The notes: generated by a model from the letters alone, not told the origin. A stretch of DNA of 64,000 nt from Prevotellaceae bacterium (GCA_031263585.1 JAISFN010000096.1:2849-66848); one strand, 5' to 3'; counted from the first letter of the stretch, positions 8,578 to 18,637 are shown. A program made the numbers and translations.

Positions 8578-11109
8578 TTAAAATTGTTGTCCGAGAACAA
8601 ATGCCAAATTACCCCCGTTTGCACCGGGACGTCCTGGGATTGTATCGAAACCATATCCCCAATCTAATCCTAACATACCAACAATTGGTAAGAATATACG
8701 TACCCCAAATCCGGCCGAGCGTTTAAGCGAAAACGGATTAAACTGTTTTATATCCGACCATGCATTACCGGCTTCCAAAAAGCCTAGTACATAAATTGTC
8801 GATTGCGGTTGAAGGATAATGGGAAAACGAACTTCTGCAGTAATTTTATTATACACGTTTCCGGCATAAGCTTTACCGGCCAAAGGCGTTAACGAGTTAT
8901 CCTCATAACCGCGCAGTGCAATAATGTCTTGCCCGTACATAACATAACCCGACATACCGCCACCACCAACAACAAAGCCACCGAACGGAGAATATCCCCA
9001 ATCCTTATTATAGTAACCCAAATATCCGAACTGCCCCCGGGCATGCAATATCAAATTGCCCACAATAGGAGTATAAACAGCTCCGTTAAAAGTCCATTTA
9101 TGATATTCAATCCACTTGTATCTTTCTTCTTCCTTTACTTCTTTCCAATGTTTGTTACTAAACAGGGAATATGGGGGCGTAAATTGTACGCCAATGGAAA
9201 AATCGGAACCAACACGGGTAAATATAGGCTGGTCGATAGATTTTCGCCCAAATACTATCTTAAGACTCAAATCGTTAGAATTACCATCTTCAAAAATAAA
9301 GTTACCGCGCCAGTTATTCAACATATAACGCTGTAAATTCAATTCATAATAAAGCGAGAACATGTGATCGGGCCATTTTAACCGGTAACCTAAGCCCACC
9401 GAAAGCCCCATAACTTTCATGCTTTCTCCGGTTGTATTCATATTGCCATAGTAACCATACGGGTCGTAATAATATGCTGAAGTTTGATTTGAAAAATAAG
9501 CGCTTATCGATAACGAAACAGGTTTTTTACCTCCAACCCAAGGCTCCATAAAGCTAATGCTGTATTGCTGGTAACGCTTACCGTTGGTTTGCGCCCGGAC
9601 TGACAATGTCTGCCCGTCTCCCGAAGGAACTGGTCGCCATGATTTAAAATCGAAGAAACGGCGAATTGAAAAGTTTGTAAAACGTATCCCTAAAGTACCC
9701 ACAAACATATTGGCTCCCCAACCTCCCGATATTTCGAGCTGGTCGTTTGCTTTTTCCTCTACTGCATAAGTAATATCGACAGTACCGTCTATTTCATTAG
9801 GTTGTATTTTTGGGAAAGATGTATACAACTTTTCGGCATCAAAATAACCCAGGTTTGCCAGGTTACGAATCGATTCGCGGAGCTTGGTTATCCCGAAAAG
9901 GTCGCCGGGAACCGTATATAATTCACGGCGGGCAACATGTTCATTTGTCTTTGTATTACCTATGATATCAATACGGTTAAAACGGGCCTGGTCTCCTTCA
10001 AAAATACGTACTTCAAGGTCAATGGAATCATTATCAATATTTGTTTCGACCGGGGTTACCCTTGAAAACAAGTATCCTTCATCCTGATACCATGTATTGA
10101 TGGATTGTTCGTCGTTAAGAAGCATTTTATTAAGCGTTACCTGATCGTATACATCGCCTTTATCTATTTTCAGCATCCGGGATAAATTGTCCGATGAAAT
10201 TTTAGTATTTCCAATCCAGCTTATATTACGGAAATAATAGCGCTTACCTTCTTTAACTTTAATATAAATACCTACTTGCTTATCGTTGATTTTATATACG
10301 GAGTCTTCCAGAATTTCGGCATCCCGAAAACCTTTTTCGTTAAAATAATTAATTAGGTTATCTTTATCTTCTTCAAAATTTTCTTCGATATATTTTTTCG
10401 ATTTAAAGAAATTACGTAAGCTCTTTTGCTTTGTTTTCTTCATCGAAGCCTGCAACTTACGGCTCTTTAACTCTTCGTTACCATCAAATGTAATTTTTTT
10501 GATTTTTACCTTGCTTTTTTTATCGACATGAAACGTAAGCTTCACCGAATTTTTAAAATAATTGCTTGTATCGGTTGTTTGTGTTACTTCAACAGTTGTA
10601 TTTAAATAGCCTTTGTCAGCAAAAAACTTTTTTATTTTGTCAACAGCATTTTTTACGGCATAATCAGAGTATGCGCCATTACGCCTAAGCCCCAAATTAT
10701 CTTGTAAATCTTTCCGTTGCCCTTTACGTATACCTGTAATTTCCCAATTATATATACGAGGACGCTCTTGCAAATCGATATTTAGCCAAACTTTATCCCC
10801 TTCAATTTTTGTTATTGTTAAATCGACATTACCAAAAGAGCGTTGCATCCATAAACGTTTTACAGCCTGCTTTGTTGTTTCGCCGGGGATATCAATCATA
10901 TCGCCTTTTATCAATCCCGATATCGAAATAACCTGCTCCGGACTAAAGAAATTAATTCCGGTAACTGTAATATCTTCTATTAGATATTTTTTACGATTAT
11001 CATAATCAACCTTATCCAATGAAATTGAAGGTTTGGTAGTCTCTTGTGCAAATAAATTAACACAAAACAATAAATTTAAAATACCTCCTAATACAATCCA
11101 TTTATTCAT
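8578..11109 (-). CDS. bamA: Outer membrane protein assembly factor BamA
   Basis: 843 aa. Signal peptide, repeated POTRA-like modules, and a C-terminal beta-barrel ending ...GNLAFVLGQQF. It has the classical uppS-bamA-skp context. Confidence 0.9.
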   Translation of the reverse strand: MNKWIVLGGILNLLFCVNLFAQETTKPSISLDKVDYDNRKKYLIEDITVTGINFFSPEQVISISGLIKGDMIDIPGETTKQAVKRLWMQRSFGNVDLTITKIEGDKVWLNIDLQERPRIYNWEITGIRKGQRKDLQDNLGLRRNGAYSDYAVKNAVDKIKKFFADKGYLNTTVEVTQTTDTSNYFKNSVKLTFHVDKKSKVKIKKITFDGNEELKSRKLQASMKKTKQKSLRNFFKSKKYIEENFEEDKDNLINYFNEKGFRDAEILEDSVYKINDKQVGIYIKVKEGKRYYFRNISWIGNTKISSDNLSRMLKIDKGDVYDQVTLNKMLLNDEQSINTWYQDEGYLFSRVTPVETNIDNDSIDLEVRIFEGDQARFNRIDIIGNTKTNEHVARRELYTVPGDLFGITKLRESIRNLANLGYFDAEKLYTSFPKIQPNEIDGTVDITYAVEEKANDQLEISGGWGANMFVGTLGIRFTNFSIRRFFDFKSWRPVPSGDGQTLSVRAQTNGKRYQQYSISFMEPWVGGKKPVSLSISAYFSNQTSAYYYDPYGYYGNMNTTGESMKVMGLSVGLGYRLKWPDHMFSLYYELNLQRYMLNNWRGNFIFEDGNSNDLSLKIVFGRKSIDQPIFTRVGSDFSIGVQFTPPYSLFSNKHWKEVKEEERYKWIEYHKWTFNGAVYTPIVGNLILHARGQFGYLGYYNKDWGYSPFGGFVVGGGGMSGYVMYGQDIIALRGYEDNSLTPLAGKAYAGNVYNKITAEVRFPIILQPQSTIYVLGFLEAGNAWSDIKQFNPFSLKRSAGFGVRIFLPIVGMLGLDWGYGFDTIPGRPGANGGNLAFVLGQQF

Positions 11110-11127
11110 TCGTTACTTATTTTCTTG

Positions 11128-11871
11128 TTAGGCGTTTTTAATTTGTTCGCTTGTTTTACCAAATCTCCGTTCACGCTTTTGATATTCAATAATTGCTTCC
11201 CAAAGGTGCTTTTTCCTGAAATCAGGCCAAAGTACTTTCGGAAAATATAGTTCAGTGTAAGCGACTTGCCATAACATAAAATTACTTATCCGCTGCTCGC
11301 CACTTGTCCGAATCAACAATTCGGGGTCGGACATTTCAGCAGTTGCCAAATATTCGGCAAATATATCGGTTGTAATGGATCCGATTGATAAACTTCCGTT
11401 TTTCACTTTCTCCGCCACCTTTTTAACGGCCTCTACAATTTCCCAGCGTGAGCTATAGCTCAATGCCAGTGTTAAAACAAGTCCCGTATTGTTTGATGTG
11501 TATTGAATAGATTGGTTTAATTTGTTTCGAACATTTTCAGGGAACGAGCCAATGTCTCCAATAGCCCTCAGGCTGACATTATTTTGGTGCAGTTCATCCG
11601 TTTCCTTTACAATAGCCTCAACAAGGAGGGACATCAGCGCTTCTACTTCAGAAATTGGGCGATGCCAGTTTTCTGTCGAAAATGCATATAAGGTAAGGTA
11701 TTTAACACCGGCCTCGGCAGCAGCTTTCACACTATCGCGAACAGCTTCTACCCCATTCCGGTGCCCGAAAATACGCCCTAACCCGCGCTTTTTTGCCCAA
11801 CGCCCATTCCCATCCATTATGATAGCAATATGCTGCGGTACTTTATTTTTATCTATCTCCAAAGGGATCAT
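11128..11871 (-). CDS. uppS: Isoprenyl transferase / undecaprenyl-diphosphate synthase
   Basis: HIAIIMDGNGRWA, YLTLYAFSTENW and LLIRTSGEQRISNFMLWQ motifs. Confidence 0.9.
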   Translation of the reverse strand: MIPLEIDKNKVPQHIAIIMDGNGRWAKKRGLGRIFGHRNGVEAVRDSVKAAAEAGVKYLTLYAFSTENWHRPISEVEALMSLLVEAIVKETDELHQNNVSLRAIGDIGSFPENVRNKLNQSIQYTSNNTGLVLTLALSYSSRWEIVEAVKKVAEKVKNGSLSIGSITTDIFAEYLATAEMSDPELLIRTSGEQRISNFMLWQVAYTELYFPKVLWPDFRKKHLWEAIIEYQKRERRFGKTSEQIKNA

Positions 11872-12054
11872 AATTCAAATTTGCCTTTACTTCTGTAAAA
11901 CTTACAAAAGTAAGTCTTTATTTTTATTCTACAAGTCCTTTTGAAGGAAAGCTTACTATAAAATAGAGTATTTTTTCGAGTTTTTTTAATGAAAAGCCAA
12001 GGAAATAAGTACATTCTTAAAAAAAGGAAGCAACATAGATGTTATAGCCTGACT

Positions 12055-12930
12055 CTATTTTTTCTTATTCCTCGATTTTTTACCGGAATTGTCGTACGAA
12101 TTATAAAACCGGTTAATTCCTTTTTTAAAATCTTTTGATGACTCCCAAGGGATAAGAGCAGGACACTTTTTATTTGTTTTTAAGCGATAAGCTATTGATA
12201 CTCCAAATGTAGAAATCCAATCGCTGTTTAACAATTTTGATCCGCCGTTGGTATTATCAAACCGGTCGATTTTATCCCAAAACGACTTTTTAAATTGCCA
12301 CTCAACCCCTAATGTCCAGCGTTCCCAAGGAGTCCACTTAATACCCATAGCAATAGGGATGGTGAAAATTTGCGAAGACCCCTCATTATCCTCTTTTGAG
12401 CCGTAAAGTTCGGGGAAAGAAGCTCCTGCCGCCCTATTTTCGGTCTCATTACGATACGTGTCGGGATATAAAATTGTTAAGCCCAAACCTAAAAACAGGT
12501 AAGGCGTCCATTTTTGTTTCAGTTGGTGGAGTGCAGGATCGAATGCCCTGAATCCAAGTTCCATTCCCATATTAATATCGACAAACGTACGGCTGAATTT
12601 TATCACATAATCCGGAAAGTGTTCATCATAATAAGGTAACTCGCCCGAATAGTTTTTCGAATTTCCGTCAACTTTTCCCATCGTTACCGAAGTGCGGATA
12701 GAATATAGCATGTTAAATGAGTAACGATGAAAAACGGTTCCGTAGTATCTGGGATTATTAAAGGGAAACCACTCATTAAAGTCGCCCAAATAGAAAGTAG
12801 TCCCCGCTCCTAATCCCAAATCGGTTTTTTCGGGGGTAAAGAAGGATTGTTTGCTCCTATTAACCTGGGCTTGTGTAAAAATTGCCAACCCTGCCATCGC
12901 TACAATTAACAGCACTATCTTTTTCATCAA
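12055..12930 (-). CDS. Outer-membrane beta-barrel protein of unknown function (DUF6089-like by recollection)
   Basis: 291 aa. Signal peptide, alternating aromatic/Gly beta-strand pattern, Lys-rich tail. It occupies the position between nadK and uppS that is typical of Bacteroidales. Confidence 0.55.
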   Translation of the reverse strand: MMKKIVLLIVAMAGLAIFTQAQVNRSKQSFFTPEKTDLGLGAGTTFYLGDFNEWFPFNNPRYYGTVFHRYSFNMLYSIRTSVTMGKVDGNSKNYSGELPYYDEHFPDYVIKFSRTFVDINMGMELGFRAFDPALHQLKQKWTPYLFLGLGLTILYPDTYRNETENRAAGASFPELYGSKEDNEGSSQIFTIPIAMGIKWTPWERWTLGVEWQFKKSFWDKIDRFDNTNGGSKLLNSDWISTFGVSIAYRLKTNKKCPALIPWESSKDFKKGINRFYNSYDNSGKKSRNKKK

Positions 12931-13044
12931 TTATTTCTTAGTAAATATCTTCAAGCCAACGACAAAATTACAAAAAACTACGAGTTTATAAAATAATCCA
13001 TGTGAAGTATTAACAGAGTTTAAGATGAGGCGTCGAATCTTAAC

Positions 13045-13923
13045 TTAATTTCGCGGATCGAAACCCCAGTGCAGTTTATTTTGCAGAGTTTTAAAAAAAC
13101 TTGTTGTATTCAGTTTTATAAAATTTAAATTATATTTCGACCTCTTTATATAAAATTTCATACCCGACTCTACCTCAAACATTTGGTTGTCAATTGTAAT
13201 ATTAGCTTTGCCCTTGCGTGTTACAATTTCGATTTCGATGATCGAATCTCCCGAAATTATAATAGGACGAATATTAAGATTATGAGGAGCAATGGGGGTT
13301 ATGATAAAGTTTTCGGAATTAGGCAGTATTATCGGGCCGCCTACACTAAGCGAGTATGCCGTTGACCCTGTGGGTGTAGATACTAACAACCCATCCGACC
13401 AATAAGAGGATAGCATTTCATTATCTACTTTTACTGTAGTTTTTATCATTACCGGGGTATTTCGCTGTACCGACACTTCGTTTAAAGCGTGGGGAAAATC
13501 ATTTTTGCCGATAAATGTTCCTATAACTTCCAGTAAACAACGTTTTTCGATACTATATTTATTTTTAAACAAATCGTCCAATGCCTGTGTTATTTCCGAA
13601 GGCGATGCTTGGGCTAAAAATCCCAGGCGCCCCAAATTAACTCCCAATATCGGGATGTTTTTTTGAAGTACGAATTTTGCAGCCTCCAAAAAAGTTCCGT
13701 CACCACCCATGCTCAACATATAATCAATAGACGGGTCCAACTCATTGGATGAATTAAACAGCTTGCATTCGGGGAAATCTATCCCAAGCTCGGCTGTAAT
13801 AAAACAGTAAAAAGGTGCATATATGTATGTTGATGCCCCATACCTAAGTATTGCATCAACTAATTGTTTGGTTTCAGGAGAATAATCCAATTTATAACAA
13901 CGACCGTATACTGCAACTTTCAT
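13045..13923 (-). CDS. nadK: NAD kinase
   Basis: MGGDGTFL, GVNLGRLGFL, STPTGSTAYSLS.GGPI and an NE motif. Confidence 0.9.
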   Translation of the reverse strand: MKVAVYGRCYKLDYSPETKQLVDAILRYGASTYIYAPFYCFITAELGIDFPECKLFNSSNELDPSIDYMLSMGGDGTFLEAAKFVLQKNIPILGVNLGRLGFLAQASPSEITQALDDLFKNKYSIEKRCLLEVIGTFIGKNDFPHALNEVSVQRNTPVMIKTTVKVDNEMLSSYWSDGLLVSTPTGSTAYSLSVGGPIILPNSENFIITPIAPHNLNIRPIIISGDSIIEIEIVTRKGKANITIDNQMFEVESGMKFYIKRSKYNLNFIKLNTTSFFKTLQNKLHWGFDPRN

Positions 13924-13980
13924 AATTGTATTTTATTTTATAATAAACTTTAGAAGCAAGAATCAAGTAGCAAGATTTTC

Positions 13981-14102
13981 AATGTGCTAATTTGCTGATA
14001 TGCCAATGTGTCAATGGTTAATCGTAAAGTGTAAATATTAATTTACGAATGAAAAAATTAGAAAATTATTTTTAAATCCACTCATTTACGAATTAGCACA
14101 TT
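13981..14102. repeat. AT-rich nested-hairpin intergenic element (family C, copy 1)
   Basis: Bounded by a perfect 12-bp inverted repeat, AATGTGCTAATT (13981-13992) / AATTAGCACATT (14091-14102). It also has inner CGTAAA/TTTACG stems. It is about 75 percent similar by eye to 49606-49722. Confidence 0.6.
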
Positions 14103-14155
14103 AAAAAATATTGATACTCAATATATAATACCTGATATCTGATACTCTTTACTTT

Positions 14156-14944
14156 TCACTCTTTAAATAAATATATATACCCGTACAAAAACCCTACAAA
14201 AACCACTCAGCCTGTAATATTTCCAGGTGTTGCCGAAATCAGGTTTACTATACCGAACTCGTACCAGCTGATATCGGCGCCTGAAAATATGGCTGCTGGA
14301 GTAAAAAACATATTGGTGACGGAGTATTCATAACCCAATGTAACGAATAGCATTACCGGAGTCCATATACCAATGGCTTTACCTGTCAAGTCTTTGGCGG
14401 CAAAGCCCATCTAGGTCCCCAAACATACCAGCCAGTTTGTCCTTATACCTCTTAAAAATATGGTAAAAAAAATCCATCGAAACTTTGTTACCGGCCAAAT
14501 TGTACAAATAGCTATTCCACGGTTTGGCCGATAGCAAGCCTACTCTGGTAGCCATAAAATAAGTCACAAATAAGGCTCCCGCAAAATTAAATGCATATGC
14601 TAAAACCACACTTTAAAAAGCTGTTTAACGGGTAATTTCTTCTTCAAAACAGGTAATACCATAGCGGTACAATTGCTTGTATACAAATCGGCCCCGGCTA
14701 CCGACACCATCATCAAACCAATAGGGAACATAGCCTCTCCGACAAATTTAACCAAACCCTGATTAGCAGCCATTACACCGGGCATACCGCCCGCAACTAT
14801 AACAGAGAGCAGACCGCCAAAAGCAATAAAAACCCCACCCAAAAAGATCAGCAATGCAAAACGGGAAAAAGCCGATTGAGCTTTATAAATCCCCGACTTA
14901 CAAAAATCAGCGGCAATTTCCTTAGGTGTAATTATATTCGACAT
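14156..14944 (-). pseudogene. Formate/nitrite transporter (FNT, FocA/NirC-like) gene with four inactivating lesions
   Basis: Three ORF fragments (14600-14944, 14379-14609, 14207-14410) plus a tail (14156-14206) together rebuild one FNT protein. There is a frameshift near 14605 and a frameshift at the A8 run 14465-14472. An in-frame TAG at 14411-14413 falls where homologues have Trp (LVCLGT*MGFAAKD). An in-frame TGA at 14207-14209 falls where homologues have Gly (GNITG*VVFVGFLYGYIYIYL). Confidence 0.85.
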
Positions 14945-14991
14945 TTTTTATAATTGATTTGATACGTTTATTTTTAAATACGATTAACAAT

Positions 14992-15014
14992 AAACCCCGC
15001 ATGACACGGGGTTT
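14992..15014 (-). terminator. Hairpin downstream of the acidic-protein gene
   Basis: AAACCCCG-catgaca-CGGGGTTT lies 30 bp after the stop at 15045. The T-tract on the minus strand is weak. Confidence 0.45.
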
Positions 15015-15044
15015 AATCATTCTCAAAATATCTAGTTATTTAAA

Positions 15045-15308
15045 TTAATCTTCGTCGTCATCAAAATCTTCGTCAAAGTCTTCACCATCAAGATATTTTT
15101 CATCGTCATCGTCGTAATAGTCTTCTATCGAATCCACATTCCGCTTAAATTTAAAATACTCGATTTCTTCATCTTCTTCTATCTCTTGATATAAAACACG
15201 TTTAACATTTTTTTCTTTTTTTTCGGGTACTAGTCGCTTACCCTTTCCATTTTGATCGCCGCCAGCAAAACTATCACTGTCTGTGCGAAAATTTACCTTC
15301 GTTTTCAT
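15045..15308 (-). CDS. Small hyper-acidic protein of unknown function
   Basis: Start set at the internal Met (MKTKVNFRTDSDS...). The basic N-half (KGKRLVPEKKEKNVKR) is followed by a tail that is almost entirely D/E/Y/F (EEDEEIEYF...DYYDDDDEKYLDGEDFDEDFDDDED). Confidence 0.55.
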   Translation of the reverse strand: MKTKVNFRTDSDSFAGGDQNGKGKRLVPEKKEKNVKRVLYQEIEEDEEIEYFKFKRNVDSIEDYYDDDDEKYLDGEDFDEDFDDDED

Positions 15309-15561
15309 TCGAACTAAGACTAAAATGAATTTTTGTTTAACCTCCTTTTTAATGACACATAATAAACGATAATCAATTAACAAATAAAATAACTTTACAT
15401 GCTCAATCAATTAATCAATTGCAAGTTTAGCTATATTTTTTGAATAAAAAAACACTTACGGCTAAGTTTTTGATTTAAGATTACAGATTTAAGATTTTTA
15501 AAAGCATAACTATATGTAAATATTTATTATAAGGCTTATATTTTGTCCGATATAAATATTT

Positions 15562-16203
15562 CTATTTTTTACGGATTGCCATTATTCCATCGCGAAAGGG
15601 TAATAAAATACATTCAACACGTACATCGGTAACCACAAAGTCATTAAACTCAACTATACCTTTAGTATACCTGTCATTATGTTTAATTTCTTTCACTATT
15701 TTCCCGTCCCACAGCACATTATCGGCAAAAATAAAACCGCCGGGGGCTACTTTGTCAAAAACCGTATGATAATACTCCAAATACTCACGTTTATCTCCAT
15801 CAATAAACACAAAATCAAAAAGAATGTTTAACTGCGGAATAATGGTTAGAGCATTACCCTCGTGAATAATAATCTTACCCACTACGTTTGACCGTGAAAT
15901 ATATTCGCGGGCAATTTCAAGGGTTTCATCATTGATATCAATAGTATGCAGCACTCCTTCATCGGTTAATCCCTGTGCAAGACATATTGCCGAATAGCCT
16001 GTAAATGTGCCTATTTCAAGAATATACTTAGGCGAGATCATTTTGCTGAACATTTGAAGGATACACCCTTGTATTTTCCCCGATAACATACGGGGCTGCA
16101 ATACCTTAAGATGAGTAATACGGGTTAATTCCCGTAAAAGCTCGTCTTCGAGCGAAGTATGCTCTAAAATATATTTTTCGATATCCTTATTTATTTCCAA
16201 CAT
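15562..16203 (-). CDS. Class I SAM-dependent O-methyltransferase (caffeoyl-CoA OMT/YrrM family)
   Basis: ILEIGTFTGYSA, LHTIDIN, FDFVFIDGDKREY and GGFIFADNVLW motifs. The start is at MLEINKD (16203), directly abutting the stop of the upstream ORF. Confidence 0.8.
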   Translation of the reverse strand: MLEINKDIEKYILEHTSLEDELLRELTRITHLKVLQPRMLSGKIQGCILQMFSKMISPKYILEIGTFTGYSAICLAQGLTDEGVLHTIDINDETLEIAREYISRSNVVGKIIIHEGNALTIIPQLNILFDFVFIDGDKREYLEYYHTVFDKVAPGGFIFADNVLWDGKIVKEIKHNDRYTKGIVEFNDFVVTDVRVECILLPFRDGIMAIRKK

Positions 16204-16204
16204 T

Positions 16205-16531
16205 TTATTCAGGATTGTAGAACACACAAGGCGACAGGTCGCAATCTTCCAATCGCTGGTTATCACTTAACAGTCGATTGATTATACTAAACGTTGAACT
16301 ATGTACCAATATGGCAAATAAACACTCGTCGGACAATTCCTTGCCGGTCAGTTTTTGCCGGATAACATTAGTTGCAATATTATATAGCTGATTATTAATG
16401 TACATATATTCAGTGCCGTCATCTTTATTTTTGAATAGCATGTAATAGTCGAGATGTCTGGCTTCCGGAAATAATATATGGCATAAAACCACTGAATAAA
16501 CAAAGGTCGTTTGCAAGTTTTGTATCGCCAT
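16205..16531 (-). CDS. Hypothetical protein
   Basis: 108-aa ORF whose stop abuts the start codon of the O-methyltransferase gene. I recognise no motif. Upstream frames look broken (see findings). Confidence 0.4.
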   Translation of the reverse strand: MAIQNLQTTFVYSVVLCHILFPEARHLDYYMLFKNKDDGTEYMYINNQLYNIATNVIRQKLTGKELSDECLFAILVHSSTFSIINRLLSDNQRLEDCDLSPCVFYNPE

Positions 16532-16581
16532 TGGTAATAATTGTTAAAGCCGAAATGATATTTTCCGTTTCTTTTTCCTTG

Positions 16582-16725
16582 TTATCCTAAAAAAACAGAA
16601 ATATACTCATTAATAAATTGTTCCAATTCAAGCTCTGAAAAATTATACCTGATTTTTTCAACTGACTTTTTTATTTCAGGGGCTTCTTCTTTCTTTTTCT
16701 TTTTAAAAAAGCCGAATATTCCCAT
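16582..16725 (-). CDS. Short ORF (47 aa), possibly the detached N-terminus of the gene at 16205-16531
   Basis: The manual translation is MGIFGFFKKKKKEEAPEIKKSVEKIRYNFSELELEQFINEYISVFLG. It ends next to a T7 run (A7 on the plus strand at 16589-16595). Confidence 0.25.
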   Translation of the reverse strand: MGIFGFFKKKKKEEAPEIKKSVEKIRYNFSELELEQFINEYISVFLG

Positions 16726-16758
16726 GGCTGCAAATCTAAAATATTAACCGATTAAATA

Positions 16759-18426
16759 CTAAGCATAAAGATAACGTTTAATCTTTTGTGTAGATGTTTT
16801 TTCAAAATCGTTTTGCAAAGCAACCACCAGCGATATTTGCGAAAAGCGGTTAACCCGTGAGTTTACGTACATTAACAACTCCATCTTCAATTGTTCTATC
16901 CGCTGTTCCAACTCCTGCCTTTTAAGCCCTAAATTCTGTTTAAATTCCTCCTTAAATTGTTGGAACTGTTTCTCCAATTCCTCGTAATTAAAGCGTACCA
17001 TAGCCACAAGTTTACCCTCTTGCTCCAGAACCAGCGAGTCGTTCACATATTTAAAATTATTGATAACCGACTCTATTTCTTCGGGATATATGTTTTCACC
17101 ACTCGATCCTAAAATTACATTTTTTAAGCGACCCTTAATAAATAATCTGCCATTGCGGTCGAACACTCCCAAATCGCCCGTTTTTAACCAGCCATCGAAT
17201 GTTAGCACCTCGGCAGTCATTTCAGGTTCTTTATAATAGCCCTGCATAACATTGGCTCCTTTTGCCCATATCTCGCCTTCTCCCGTAGCCGGATTCGGGT
17301 TATTAATTGTCAGTTCTACTTCCGGTAAAGCAAAGCCTGTTGATTGATGCTTTACAATCCGAGGTGTTGCCGCGGTTATCAACGGCGCTGTTTCGGTTAG
17401 TCCGTAACCGATTGCATACGGAAATACCTTCCCTTCGTATAGAAAAAGTTCAACTGTAGAATCCAGCTTTGCTCCGCCAATACCAAAGAACTTCAGCCGT
17501 CCCCCGAATGTTTCATTTAGCTTTTTCGCAGCACTACGATGAATCATTTTACGTGTAAACGGTATTTTATATAAGGTACGGGTTACCGGATTTTTCTTGA
17601 TAGTCGGCAACACACTGTTACGGTATATCTTCTCTATAATCATGGGAACCGAACACATGTATGTAGGCCGTATTTTCTTTAACGCCGGCAATAATATGCT
17701 TACTGTCGGTGGTTTTTCAAGGTAGTATATCGAAGCTCCGTTATTTATCGGGGTCAAAAAGCCTAACGAACACTCGTACATGTGCGATAAAGGTAGAATA
17801 GACAGGAAAATATCGTCTTCCCATACTTTTTGGATGATATTTACCATATCCAATTGCGCCAACAAATTGGCATGGGTAAGCATTACACCCTTCGACTTCC
17901 CCGTTGTGCCCGAGGTATATACAATAGCTGCCAAATCGTCGGGTTTCACCGTATAAACGGTTTCCGTAGTTTCGCTTTCATTTAAGCATGCACTCTGGTA
18001 GACAAAAAAATTATCCAATTCGATTTTAATTTCCAATGAATTGATGAACAGTTCATCAACTTTCGACTTTAACCGCTGCGATACAAATATTGCCTTACTC
18101 TCCGAGTGGTTCAGCACATTTTCGACTTCGGTGGCCGAAAAATCTGGAAGCAAAGGTATAACTACGGCTCCCATTGTAGCAATGGCAAAATAAGCAATTC
18201 CCCAATTGGGCATATTGTGACTTAAAACAGCAACTTTATCACCGGGTTTAATGCCCAGTCCACACAGCATAGCTTGCACATTTTCAATAGTATCACTAAA
18301 TTCTCTATATGTAATAAAAGATCCGTCAACAAAAGAAAGGGCATTACGTTCGGCATATTGTGTTACGCTTCGTTGTAATAATTGTTGTAACGTTCTAACT
18401 TGTATTGTTCTCAATTTTTTCTTCAT
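16759..18426 (-). CDS. AMP-dependent long-chain fatty-acid--CoA ligase
   Basis: 555 aa. AMP-binding motif IVYTSGTTGKSKGVMLTH, then GYGLTET, TGDLG and a C-terminal ...KIKR. Confidence 0.85.
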   Translation of the reverse strand: MKKKLRTIQVRTLQQLLQRSVTQYAERNALSFVDGSFITYREFSDTIENVQAMLCGLGIKPGDKVAVLSHNMPNWGIAYFAIATMGAVVIPLLPDFSATEVENVLNHSESKAIFVSQRLKSKVDELFINSLEIKIELDNFFVYQSACLNESETTETVYTVKPDDLAAIVYTSGTTGKSKGVMLTHANLLAQLDMVNIIQKVWEDDIFLSILPLSHMYECSLGFLTPINNGASIYYLEKPPTVSILLPALKKIRPTYMCSVPMIIEKIYRNSVLPTIKKNPVTRTLYKIPFTRKMIHRSAAKKLNETFGGRLKFFGIGGAKLDSTVELFLYEGKVFPYAIGYGLTETAPLITAATPRIVKHQSTGFALPEVELTINNPNPATGEGEIWAKGANVMQGYYKEPEMTAEVLTFDGWLKTGDLGVFDRNGRLFIKGRLKNVILGSSGENIYPEEIESVINNFKYVNDSLVLEQEGKLVAMVRFNYEELEKQFQQFKEEFKQNLGLKRQELEQRIEQLKMELLMYVNSRVNRFSQISLVVALQNDFEKTSTQKIKRYLYA

Positions 18427-18637
18427 TTATTATAAAGTATGCAAATCTAATCAATATTATTTTAAACCGTATAGCTTTTCCCTGTTTACAGTACATTAAT
18501 GTATCAAATCATGTGCCACTAAAGTAATTAACTATAATATAATGCATTAAATTGTAAAAAAGAATTATAATAGCATTCATAATTTTTGTTAAGCAAAATC
18601 ATCATTTCTTGCGATTGATTTAAGCTTGCACATGTAT

